Assembly (NCBI GenBank): GCA_900315945.1
Contig: ONAZ01000007.1
Span: 13,227 to 77,226, forward strand
Source: an uncultured Lachnospiraceae bacterium
GTDB lineage: Bacteria; Bacillota; Clostridia; Lachnospirales; Lachnospiraceae
Length of the DNA stretch: 64,000 bases
Direction: 5' to 3'
The first letter of the stretch is position 1. Every line of letters begins with the position of its first letter. The position numbers and the translations under genes are program-made. Shown here one piece after another: positions 1 through 8,930 of this stretch. The notes below the pieces were generated by a model. The model was given only the letters and a program-made list of their open reading frames with translations. It was not told the origin of the DNA and did no database searches.

Positions 1-451
1 TAATCGTAGTAGTATTCTCTTTCATAATGCGAAGAATAACATTTAACAGATTAACAAGCTGACTCTTAGTATATTCAACCTGGCTTCTGGTATAAAGTCT
101 CATATCAAGAGCTACCTGATCATTTCGGCTTCGTCCTGTATGAAGCTTCTTGCCTGGCTCACCAACTCTATCTATAAGGTTAGCTTCAACGAAAGAATGT
201 ATGTCCTCATATTCAGTCGTTATATTAAGCTTACCTGATTCTACGTCTTTTTCAATAGAATCTAATCCCTCTAATATAGCTTTCTCGTCGTCCTTTGTGA
301 TAATCCCCTGTTTAGATAACATCTTAACATGCGCTCTTGACCCTTCTAAGTCCTCTTTGAAGAAAGTCTTATCAAATGTGATAGACGCATTAAATTCATA
401 TACCAAATCATCTGTTTTCTTCTGGAATCTTCCACCCCATAATTGAGCCAT
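1..451 (-). CDS. argH: argininosuccinate lyase, N-terminal part (gene runs off the window start)
   Basis: Minus-strand translation from the ATG at 451..449 gives MAQLWGGRFQKKTDDLVYEFNASITFDKTFFKEDLEGSRAHVKML, the conserved ArgH N-terminus (LWGGRF). An AAGGAG RBS lies 7 nt upstream. The plus-strand ORF 150..446 is its antisense artefact. Confidence 0.85.
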   Translation of the reverse strand, partial: MAQLWGGRFQKKTDDLVYEFNASITFDKTFFKEDLEGSRAHVKMLSKQGIITKDDEKAILEGLDSIEKDVESGKLNITTEYEDIHSFVEANLIDRVGEPGKKLHTGRSRNDQVALDMRLYTRSQVEYTKSQLVNLLNVILRIMKENTTTI

Positions 452-566
452 AGTTTTACTCCTTATATATTAATTATTATTATAGTTAAATATACATTTA
501 TTAAAAATATTTAGATTAAGATTATTGCATTTTTTATTTCGTTATACATCTATAACATTAGGTCGA

Positions 567-716
567 GCTTAGAAGATATAGGTAATTGATTAATCAAGTG
601 GAAATCGTGCCAAGGACGGCACGATTAGGTGCGAACTGGCTGAGCCAGATTGAGCACCGGTCCACGTCACGCTTCTAGTTACGAGTACATATCAATTACT
701 TATATATTCTTAGCGA
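567..716. repeat. GC-rich hairpin-rich core (~603-690) flanked by ~27 bp AT-rich imperfect inverted repeats; lies between the queH stop and the argH start (candidate argH leader element or MITE-like repeat)
   Basis: Left arm gcttagaagatataggtaattgattaatc (567-595) matches the reverse complement of gagtacatatcaattacttatatattcttagc (~686-716). The core holds the hairpins atcgtgcc-aagga-cggcacgat and ggtgc...ctggct-gag-ccag...gcacc, in an otherwise AT-rich spacer. Confidence 0.4.
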
Positions 717-800
717 AGAACTACCGTTATAGATGTGTGACGAATATGAAAAATGTGTAATAATCTTAGCTAAAAACTATAACAATAAATGTATATTTAA

Positions 801-1430
801 CTAAGAAGAATGCCTCTCTCTATATGAGAAGACGCAGCCACAATAGTCCTGTCGGTACATATTGTATTCTTTACTAATTTCAGTGGATCTAAGGAAGCCA
901 CCTTTCTTCTTGAAGTCAGAATATAGATAGTTAATGCCATATTCCTTAGCAATTTCTTCTCCTAATGAATTAAGAAGATTAGCATCCTTGTGAGGACTTA
1001 TTGAAAGCGTAGTTGTAAAGAAATCAAATCCATTATCTACTGCCATCTTTGCAGTTTCTGAAAGCCTTAACTTAAAGCATTCAGTACACCTTAAGCCCCT
1101 CTCAGGTTCATTTTCAAGACCCTTTGACACTTCATAGAATCTATCGCTTTCGTACTCTCCAGCAATAAAATGAATAGGATGAACATCAGGATTGTTACTT
1201 AAGAACTTTTCAACAAATCGCTTCTGTTCTTCCATACGATATTCAAATTCTTCTGGAGGGTAAATATTGGGATTGTAATAATAAATAGTAATCTCAAAGT
1301 ATTTAGAAAGATATTCTAAGACATATGTGCTACAAGGTGCACAACAGCTGTGTAGCAACAAAGTTGGCACACAGCTGTCATTAATTTCCTCTATTATTCT
1401 ATCAAGTTCAAGTTGATAATTCTTATTCAT
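801..1430 (-). CDS. queH: epoxyqueuosine reductase QueH (DUF208 family)
   Basis: 209 aa with the LLLHSCCAPCS cysteine motif and overall QueH-like sequence. Confidence 0.85.
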   Translation of the reverse strand: MNKNYQLELDRIIEEINDSCVPTLLLHSCCAPCSTYVLEYLSKYFEITIYYYNPNIYPPEEFEYRMEEQKRFVEKFLSNNPDVHPIHFIAGEYESDRFYEVSKGLENEPERGLRCTECFKLRLSETAKMAVDNGFDFFTTTLSISPHKDANLLNSLGEEIAKEYGINYLYSDFKKKGGFLRSTEISKEYNMYRQDYCGCVFSYRERHSS

Positions 1431-1433
1431 GTA

Positions 1434-1847
1434 TTACTTAAGCGTTCTTCTTCTAACCCACATTACAACTAATGTAAATGCATATACAATTGACATAAAT
1501 ATCATAAAGCCTAATCTGTCAAACGCATATCCAAGTGCAATCTGAATAGCAATAATGATAAGCTGAATCCATCCATAACGAAGGGCAGCAATTCTACAAA
1601 GAAGCGCACCCATAACAGCCTCTAGTACTACTACAGTACATAAAGGAACAATTGGTACATTAAGATATTGATAATTTACAATAATTATTGCAAACATAAC
1701 AACAATATAAAGAATTTGTAATAAACCATTTATATATGGAAAATAACTTCTCTGCTGAAGATGTTCCTCAACCTTTGCTACTGCAACTTCTTGTTTAGTT
1801 GTTTTTTTCTTTTCCATTTTACTTTTTTTACCATATTTATTAGCCAT
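1434..1847 (-). CDS. small hydrophobic membrane protein, unknown function
   Basis: Start re-assigned to MANKYGKK, which follows an AAGGAG RBS. About 4 predicted TM segments and a lysine-rich N-terminus. The stop lies 3 nt from the queH start. Confidence 0.55.
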   Translation of the reverse strand: MANKYGKKSKMEKKKTTKQEVAVAKVEEHLQQRSYFPYINGLLQILYIVVMFAIIIVNYQYLNVPIVPLCTVVVLEAVMGALLCRIAALRYGWIQLIIIAIQIALGYAFDRLGFMIFMSIVYAFTLVVMWVRRRTLK

Positions 1848-1980
1848 ATCTATCTCCTTATATAGAAAGACATTATTCTCATATACCAAACTATTATATC
1901 AATAATGTCAATTATATACAAGTTATGTAATATCAAAATCACCAATTGTTCATAATTGTGTACAAGCAGTCATATTACAT

Positions 1981-2604
1981 TTACCCTGACACCTTCTCAA
2001 AGTCAGAAGCCGGATGCTTACATATTGGGCAAATATAATCTTCTGGCAATTCTTCACCCACATACTCGTATCCACATATCTTACAACGCCATACAGTCTT
2101 ACCATCTTCTGTCTTTGCAACCTTCTCAGGCTTTGGCTTAATATTAGACATATAATAGGTATAGGTTGCAGATGCTGCTTCATCTAATACTTCCATATCC
2201 ACAATCTCGCCAATAAACATTGTATGGCTTCCTATGTCTTCTGTCTTAGTTACCTTTACAGATATATATGCGTTAGTTCCCTCAGTAATATAGAATAAGC
2301 CATTATTGCTTCTCTTACATTTACTATAATCTGCAAACTTATCTACCTCTCGACCTGTTTGGAATCCGAAATGCTTGAACAGATCGAAGGATGCCTTCTC
2401 ACTAATAATTGATACATTAAATACCATAGACTCCTTAATCATATCATGAGTATAATTCTGCTTATTAACGCATATACTCATCTGATTAGGTTCAGATGCA
2501 GCTTGAATTGCCGTATTAATAATACATCCATTATCCTTGTCACCGACTTTTGTTGTAAGTACAAAAAGCCCATAACTAAGTTTATACATTGCTTTCTTGT
2601 CCAT
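1981..2604 (-). CDS. flavin reductase-like domain fused to a C-terminal rubredoxin domain (high-molecular-weight rubredoxin type)
   Basis: The N-terminal part resembles an FMN-binding flavin reductase domain. The C-terminus has the rubredoxin motifs WRCKICGYEY...YICPICK. An AGGGGG RBS precedes the start. Confidence 0.75.
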   Translation of the reverse strand: MDKKAMYKLSYGLFVLTTKVGDKDNGCIINTAIQAASEPNQMSICVNKQNYTHDMIKESMVFNVSIISEKASFDLFKHFGFQTGREVDKFADYSKCKRSNNGLFYITEGTNAYISVKVTKTEDIGSHTMFIGEIVDMEVLDEAASATYTYYMSNIKPKPEKVAKTEDGKTVWRCKICGYEYVGEELPEDYICPICKHPASDFEKVSG

Positions 2605-2714
2605 TTCATACCCCCTAATCTACCACAAAACTATAATAAAGCCATAACCATCTCGCCCTGTTGCGATTTTAGCATAATCTTCATGTCTTCTTTATTCATG
2701 TCTTAAGTCTCCTT

Positions 2715-3362
2715 CTAAATAATTCCAAGTGGTATAAGTACTGCTAATAGTATTGCAACAAGACTCCATAAACAAATTAAGAATATCTTACGATTCTTAG
2801 GTTTCATGGATGGTACGAAATTTGCTGCAAGGAAGAATGGAATGTATGTTGTTATAAATACCGGTAGTACACCCCACCATTTATATACCCATATAAATGA
2901 ATGATTGCTTGTTCCTGCAAGAAATGACTCAAATAAAGCAAAAAGCAGGGACATCTGAATTGCAACGCATAACCTCTTATCTATTCCGAACATTTTCTTC
3001 TTATCTTTAGGCATCATCTTGTAAGAAATCATTCCTGCAAGGGAGAACATCATACTAAGTTCCCATGATACTCCGATAAGTAGAATAAACGTTGTGGAAT
3101 CATTGCTAACCGTCCACAAAGGATAGCCTGCGAAATGGCCAATAATAGCATTTGCAATCTCATAGAGCCAATGAACTCCATATAACGCCAGCCCCGCAAA
3201 TACAATCTCATAATTCTTCTTGTGAATCTCTGTCCAGTAGACATAGAATACAACTGCTAGAATAAAAATAAATGTCCAGTTGAAATTCTCAGTACTTCTA
3301 ACTTTAACTGCATCAACTAAATCCATAGCAGCCTGACTGCCATCACCCCAAAACTGAAACAT
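2715..3362 (-). CDS. polytopic membrane protein, unknown function
   Basis: Start moved to MFQFWGDG (AAGGGGGAG RBS upstream). Several hydrophobic helices and no recognisable motif. Confidence 0.55.
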   Translation of the reverse strand: MFQFWGDGSQAAMDLVDAVKVRSTENFNWTFIFILAVVFYVYWTEIHKKNYEIVFAGLALYGVHWLYEIANAIIGHFAGYPLWTVSNDSTTFILLIGVSWELSMMFSLAGMISYKMMPKDKKKMFGIDKRLCVAIQMSLLFALFESFLAGTSNHSFIWVYKWWGVLPVFITTYIPFFLAANFVPSMKPKNRKIFLICLWSLVAILLAVLIPLGII

Positions 3363-3530
3363 AAAAACTCCCCCTTTCTTATGTATCAACAAACCTTCAT
3401 ATTATTATTATACACTGAACAGGACTTTTCTTACATCAAAAATTAATATTTCTCATTATTTGTTTTTCTATTCCTTTTTTTAAGTATTTTAACTATAATG
3501 TTAGTACACATGTACAGAGGGAAATATGAT

Positions 3531-4853
3531 ATGGGTGCGAAGAAAAAAGTCGAGAAAATTAATAAAACCAGTCATACTTATCTGCCACATTTAGGCCAAA
3601 GAATAGTCAAGACAAGTATTGCTGTATTCTTATGTCTTCTTATCCATTATATTATTGGATATAAAGGTATGATGCTTCAGTCTTGTATTTCTGCAATAAT
3701 CTGTGTTCAACCATATATTAAAGATACGAAAGAATCATCATTTAACAGATTTATTGGCACATTAATTGGTGGTGTATGGGGATTACTATTCCTTCTTCTC
3801 ATACAACAGTTTATGTATGTTGCGACACATGAAGTACTTATATACCTATTCATGTCAATTGGCGTGCTTATAGTTATCTACTCCACCGTTGCCATAAGGC
3901 TTCGGGATGCCGCAGGACTTGCCGCCATTACATTCCTATGTATAGCAATTGGATATGATGCAGAAGATACCCCATTAATAACAACACTTTCCCGTTTGTT
4001 CGATACAATAATTGGTATTGTTGTTGCTTTATTTGTAAATGTTATAAGTTTACCTAAGATTAAAGAAGAAGGTAAGATTTTCTTTGTCCGCCTAAATGAC
4101 CTTGTTGTAGATAGACTATCAGAAATTAGTTCCGGAACCCTTATAGCCCTTAACAGGCTATACTCTGATGGAGCTAAGATTAGTCTAGTAAGTCCATGGG
4201 CTCCTGCCCATATAATGTCTCAGATTGAGGACTTACACATTACAACACCATCTATAATCATGGACGGCGCTGCCTTATATGATATTGATAAGAGAAAATA
4301 CATTAAGATCGATAAGATTGACTTTGAAGATGCGAATTTCCTATGTCACACATTAAAAGATATGAGCCTTGGATATTGCGTCTACGCCGTTAGGAATAAT
4401 ACCACCCTAATCTATAGACAGGGTAACCTTAACAAAGCAGAACAAATGGAATATGACAAATTAGGACAATCTGACCTTCGTAACTATATTGATGGATTCT
4501 ACACAAAAGACGACAAAATTTGCTGTATAAGAACTATTGATACTGATAGTAAAATTGAGGATTTAGAAATGGAACTTCGATGGTCCCTTCCTTCTGAAAC
4601 ATATAGAATCGAAGTTAGAAAACAACCATTTCTACCAGAATATAGTGGACTTTACATATATTCAGCCAATTCTTCTGTTGATAAGATGAAGGAGTACTTA
4701 TGTAACTCATACTACAAGGATATGGAAAATGCTCTTGAAAGAGTGGACCTAATTCCAATCCGGGAAGACTATAATCCAGATAAGGATTCTGTTCATCTTA
4801 TTCGAAGATTAAGACATCTATATGAGCGAATTGGTTTTAGGAAAAAGAAATAA
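3531..4853 (+). CDS. FUSC/aromatic-acid-exporter-like membrane domain fused to a Cof-type HAD-like domain with a degenerate catalytic motif I
   Basis: N-terminal TM region with the FUSC-like IGTLIGGVWGLL motif. The C-terminal ...ISLVSPWAPAHIM...IIMDGAALYDID... follows the Cof/HAD-IIB pattern, but the DxDGT motif is replaced by LNDLVVD. The likely start is MGAKKK, after a GAGGGA RBS. Confidence 0.6.
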   Translation: MGAKKKVEKINKTSHTYLPHLGQRIVKTSIAVFLCLLIHYIIGYKGMMLQSCISAIICVQPYIKDTKESSFNRFIGTLIGGVWGLLFLLLIQQFMYVATHEVLIYLFMSIGVLIVIYSTVAIRLRDAAGLAAITFLCIAIGYDAEDTPLITTLSRLFDTIIGIVVALFVNVISLPKIKEEGKIFFVRLNDLVVDRLSEISSGTLIALNRLYSDGAKISLVSPWAPAHIMSQIEDLHITTPSIIMDGAALYDIDKRKYIKIDKIDFEDANFLCHTLKDMSLGYCVYAVRNNTTLIYRQGNLNKAEQMEYDKLGQSDLRNYIDGFYTKDDKICCIRTIDTDSKIEDLEMELRWSLPSETYRIEVRKQPFLPEYSGLYIYSANSSVDKMKEYLCNSYYKDMENALERVDLIPIREDYNPDKDSVHLIRRLRHLYERIGFRKKK

Positions 4854-4869
4854 TTACATTTAAATCATA

Positions 4870-4906
4870 CAAAAAAGGAGTTGCAATTTCTTGCAACTCC
4901 TTTTAT
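4870..4906. terminator. bidirectional rho-independent terminator between convergent genes
   Basis: aaaaaa-GGAGTTGCAA-tttc-TTGCAACTCC-ttttatt: a 10 bp stem flanked by an A-run and a T-run. Confidence 0.65.
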
Positions 4907-4921
4907 TCTAGTATCTTTATA

Positions 4922-6943
4922 TTACTTCTTTGCTGCCTTCTTAGCCAGCTTTTCTTCACGCTTACGTTCTTTCTTAGCTTCCTTTATTCTCTTATAGTTC
5001 TTACCATAATATATCCTTTTGATAATATACACTATAAGAATTATTAGAAGAACAACAATGGCAATTATTACAACTGCTACTGCAACAACAATCCATGTAA
5101 ACCAGTTAGGACTAGATATAACTGCTCCTATACTTGAGTCATCATCATTAATCTTACGATCTTGTGCTTCTCTATACTTTTCTGGCACCTGACTTACACC
5201 CTGAGGATTCTTGTCAAATGATTGCATGTATTGTGCAATTGCATCCCATGCCTTAACTTCTCTACCATTTTCGTCATAAATTATTGCTTTATTGAAATCA
5301 GTAATCTCATTACCATTCTCATCCTTAGGAACAAGCTTAAGTAGTCCATATGAAGCATCTGTTACAGAGCCAAGCATTTGTCCTGAATAAAGATCTGCTA
5401 CTACGCAATATAATTTATCATCTTCGAAGTCAGATTTATTACCATTCTGATCTACATACTTAACATCTGTAACCTTGTTAAGTAGAAGTCTGTTAGGGTT
5501 AAATGTAAATTCTTCTCCACTCATATATAATCTTGTACCTGGGAAGAGATCTGAGATAGAAGCATCAATCTCAGCTGCAGTCTTCATCTCAGCACCATTT
5601 AAGTAAATCTTAATTAGTGGATAACCAGGAATCTTATCTGGTCCAATACCAAGTGAGAATGAATTAAATACATCTGAAGTTGTTATATTACCTTTGCTAT
5701 ATGTACCTCTAATAGTACCGCTTGGTACAACTCCCATGTCAAACTGAGTATTAGGCTCAACCTTTCTTGCTGCATATAAATATGCATCTGACATTAAGTC
5801 ACCAAGGTTTTGATCTGTATGCTCTTTCTCAAGTGCATCTTCACTACAGAAATCAAAATCAGAATAAGCAAGTACCTGATCTTTTGTTAATCCAAACTTC
5901 GATAGATATTCTGAATCAATCTTAGTTGCAAATTGATCAATCTTTGCCTGAATTGCTGGATCTCCAGGAACATTCTCTAATGTTGGAACTAGTTTATAAT
6001 CTTCCATCTCCCAACGTCCATCAGACTTCTGCTTCAAATCACATAATCCAACAGTCTGTGTATATTCACCAACAGCTCCAATATATGTATTACCTACCTT
6101 AAGAGGCTCTTGAAGCTCTGTATGTGAATGTCCAGCTAGAATAAAGTCGATCTCTGGAACTGCTTTAGCAAGTTCTTGATCTTCAGTCTTACCTTTTTCT
6201 ATATCACCATCAAGACCACAATGAGATGCAACAACAATCATGTCTGCGTTCTCATTCTTCTTGATTTCAGCTACAGTATCTTTTACAGCTTGTATTCTCT
6301 TGTCGCCTGTTAAATAATTAATTGTACACGTAGGCTCACAAGCAAGGGCATTATCACCAAATACACCAATAACAGCAATATTTACTCCACCCTTGTTAAT
6401 CATAGTATATTTCTTGATACCATATTTATCATATACATCTTTGGTTGCCTGTTCATCACCAGGATTAGACCAATCAATATTACATTCCACCATCTGTGGT
6501 AATCTGTCACCAGAATTCATAGCTGCATTAAGCATATTTCTTACGCCCTCTGAGCCGAAGTTATATTCATGATTACCCCATGTAGTAACATCACATCCCA
6601 TAGCACCTAGCAAACGAAGCTCAACAGCATCTGTCTCATAAAGGGTATGGAATAATGTTCCCATTGAGAAGTCACCACCATCAATATATAGAAGGTCTGG
6701 ATACTTCTGTCTCTGTTCATTGATAATTGTTGAAACTCTGGCAAATCCGCCTATGTTAGTTCCTTTCTGTCCTTGATAAGGTGTAACATAGCTATTAACG
6801 TTAGAATGCATATCACTTGTTAAGGCCAAATGCACTTCCTTCTCGTTATCAGCAAGAACAACACCTACCATTGTACCTATACCGGTAATAACAAGAGCTG
6901 CCACAATAATAATTGCGACTATTCTTTTATGTGCTTTCTTCAT
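4922..6943 (-). CDS. bifunctional metallophosphatase/5'-nucleotidase (UshA-like), N-terminal signal/TM and C-terminal TM anchor with a basic tail
   Basis: Calcineurin-like motifs (GGDFSMG, GNHEYNFG, AGHSHT) and a C-terminal 5'-nucleotidase domain. The hydrophobic C-terminus is followed by a K/R/E-rich tail. Confidence 0.8.
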   Translation of the reverse strand: MKKAHKRIVAIIIVAALVITGIGTMVGVVLADNEKEVHLALTSDMHSNVNSYVTPYQGQKGTNIGGFARVSTIINEQRQKYPDLLYIDGGDFSMGTLFHTLYETDAVELRLLGAMGCDVTTWGNHEYNFGSEGVRNMLNAAMNSGDRLPQMVECNIDWSNPGDEQATKDVYDKYGIKKYTMINKGGVNIAVIGVFGDNALACEPTCTINYLTGDKRIQAVKDTVAEIKKNENADMIVVASHCGLDGDIEKGKTEDQELAKAVPEIDFILAGHSHTELQEPLKVGNTYIGAVGEYTQTVGLCDLKQKSDGRWEMEDYKLVPTLENVPGDPAIQAKIDQFATKIDSEYLSKFGLTKDQVLAYSDFDFCSEDALEKEHTDQNLGDLMSDAYLYAARKVEPNTQFDMGVVPSGTIRGTYSKGNITTSDVFNSFSLGIGPDKIPGYPLIKIYLNGAEMKTAAEIDASISDLFPGTRLYMSGEEFTFNPNRLLLNKVTDVKYVDQNGNKSDFEDDKLYCVVADLYSGQMLGSVTDASYGLLKLVPKDENGNEITDFNKAIIYDENGREVKAWDAIAQYMQSFDKNPQGVSQVPEKYREAQDRKINDDDSSIGAVISSPNWFTWIVVAVAVVIIAIVVLLIILIVYIIKRIYYGKNYKRIKEAKKERKREEKLAKKAAKK

Positions 6944-7021
6944 AAAGTTTCCCTCCTAAACACTATGTCTTATGTATAGAAATACAATTACCCTATTATG
7001 GTAATTATATCACAATTATAT

Positions 7022-8383
7022 TTATTTATATAGAGTTTTCGATAGTTCAGACAGATTTTTGACACCTATTATCTCTATATCTTCTATATCTTTCACTTCC
7101 TTTAATGATACTTCTGGTATAATACACTTTTCGAAGCCTAGTTTCTTTGCTTCAAGAACCCTCTTATCAACCATACTCACAGATCTTACTTCGCCACTAA
7201 GTCCTACTTCACCAAAGCATATAAGTTTATCATCTATTGCAACATTTCGAAAACTCGATTCAAGAGCAATTACAATTCCAAGGTCAATAGAAGGCTCACT
7301 TATTCTTATGCCACCAGTTATGTTAACATAGGCATCGTACTCCCCTAGGGGTAGCCCCAATCGCTTTTCTAATACTGCCATAAGGAGGTTAACCCTGTTA
7401 TAATCTACTCCTACAGAAGTACGTCTTGGCATTCCGAAATTACTTCTTGTTACAAGAGCCTGTATCTCTAGAAGCATTGGTCTTGTGCCCTCTACAACAC
7501 ATGATACCACAGACCCACTTGAATTCTTTGCTTTTCCAGAAAGCATATATTCAGAAGGATTAAGCACTTCCTTTAATCCATTCTGATTCATCTCAAATAC
7601 GCCAATTTCGTTAGTAGATCCGAAACGATTCTTAACGCCTCTTAGCACTCTATATGAAGCAAATCTATCGCCTTCAATATATAGAACAGTATCTACCATA
7701 TGCTCTAGAACTCTAGGTCCCGCAACAGTACCTTCCTTAGTTACATGTCCAACAACGAAAATCGTAATCCCAAGTCCTTTAGCAATCTGCATTAACACAT
7801 TAGTTGTTTCTCTTACCTGGGATACACTTCCAGGTGCAGACGACACGTCTTCATTATACATTGTCTGAATGGAGTCAATAACAACAATATCTGGCTTAGC
7901 TTTTTCAAGTACACCTTTAATTAGGGTTAGATTAGTTTCACTAAGTAGTGACAACTTATCACCGAATTTGCCTATTCTATTAGCTCTAAGTTTAATCTGC
8001 GCCAGAGACTCTTCTCCAGACACATATAGTATAGTATTCTCAGTTGTAGAAAGCTTATGACACATTTGCAAGAGCAAGGTTGATTTACCAATTCCAGGAT
8101 CACCACCTACAAGTACAAGTGAGCCCTTTACAATTCCTCCTCCAAGGACTCTGTCAAATTCAGAAATACAAGTAGATATTCTGACTTCTTTCTCATCCTC
8201 TATCTCAGATATCTTATATGTCTTAACATCTTTTATTTCCTTAATGGTCTTAGAAGACTTTTTGTCAACTCTCTCTTCCACAAAGGAATTCCATGCCTTA
8301 CAGGCCGGACATTGACCAGCCCACTTAGATGATTCATATCCACATTCCTGGCAAAAGAATACATTAACTTTACCTTTAGCCAT
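7022..8383 (-). CDS. radA: DNA repair protein RadA/Sms
   Basis: N-terminal zinc finger CQECGYESSKWAGQCPACKAWNS, a Walker A motif GGDPGIGKST, the KNRFG motif and a Lon-like C-terminal domain. Start set at MAKGKVNVFF after an AAAGGAGAAG RBS. Confidence 0.9.
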   Translation of the reverse strand: MAKGKVNVFFCQECGYESSKWAGQCPACKAWNSFVEERVDKKSSKTIKEIKDVKTYKISEIEDEKEVRISTCISEFDRVLGGGIVKGSLVLVGGDPGIGKSTLLLQMCHKLSTTENTILYVSGEESLAQIKLRANRIGKFGDKLSLLSETNLTLIKGVLEKAKPDIVVIDSIQTMYNEDVSSAPGSVSQVRETTNVLMQIAKGLGITIFVVGHVTKEGTVAGPRVLEHMVDTVLYIEGDRFASYRVLRGVKNRFGSTNEIGVFEMNQNGLKEVLNPSEYMLSGKAKNSSGSVVSCVVEGTRPMLLEIQALVTRSNFGMPRRTSVGVDYNRVNLLMAVLEKRLGLPLGEYDAYVNITGGIRISEPSIDLGIVIALESSFRNVAIDDKLICFGEVGLSGEVRSVSMVDKRVLEAKKLGFEKCIIPEVSLKEVKDIEDIEIIGVKNLSELSKTLYK

Positions 8384-8430
8384 ATCTTCTCCTTTAGTAA
8401 ATTTTCTCAATAATAAAACTATCAAAAAAC

Positions 8431-8459
8431 CCTACTTTCTAAAGTAGGGTTTCTCTTTA
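8431..8459 (-). terminator. rho-independent terminator after the 137-aa gene, upstream of radA
   Basis: On the minus strand: AAACCCTACTTTAGAAAGTAGGGTTTTTTGA. Confidence 0.55.
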
Positions 8460-8870
8460 TTTCTTAACAACTTTTACACTAACTTCTGCTTGAGGATCAA
8501 GTTCTACACTTAAGCTTAACTTTCCTCCAAGATTAGTCTTCATGGATCCCGAATCATTACCATTAACGAAAATATCATATTCTGTCTCAGGTTCAAGCTC
8601 TAATGTAATCTGAGCATCATTATCGCCTTCAACCTTGAATTCAACTTCCGTTTCAGTAGCTGCAAAATGTTCTACTGCAGTTCCTGGAATCGATTCATAT
8701 ACGAACATTCCATTTCTTTCTAACTTCGTTACTTCTTTGAAAGTCTTAACTTTATACAAATCTCCTTGAAAATCGAAATTATCAAGTTTTGATTTCGTAT
8801 CAAGTGTGTAATCTCCAAAGCTTAATGTCTTATCTGACTCACTACGAATTAATTCGCTTACAACAGGCAT
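8457..8870 (-). CDS. hypothetical acidic protein (137 aa) between clpC and radA
   Basis: Clean ORF in the clpC-radA gap. No recognisable motif. Confidence 0.5.
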   Translation of the reverse strand: MPVVSELIRSESDKTLSFGDYTLDTKSKLDNFDFQGDLYKVKTFKEVTKLERNGMFVYESIPGTAVEHFAATETEVEFKVEGDNDAQITLELEPETEYDIFVNGNDSGSMKTNLGGKLSLSVELDPQAEVSVKVVKK

Positions 8871-8930
8871 CTTATTTCTCCTCCAAATCTCTTAGTAGTC
8901 TCTTAATTTGTACCTATAATAACATATATA

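Noticed and set aside
150-446. 98-aa plus-strand ORF
   Set aside because: It lies entirely antisense within the argH coding region, whose N-terminus (MAQLWGGRFQKK...) is unmistakable on the minus strand.
600-700. T-box riboswitch in the argH leader
   Set aside because: The minus strand has CGUGGACCGGUG, which loosely resembles the T-box AGGGUGGNACCGCG. However, there is no credible specifier loop, no antiterminator/terminator pair and no U-tract, so it is not called.
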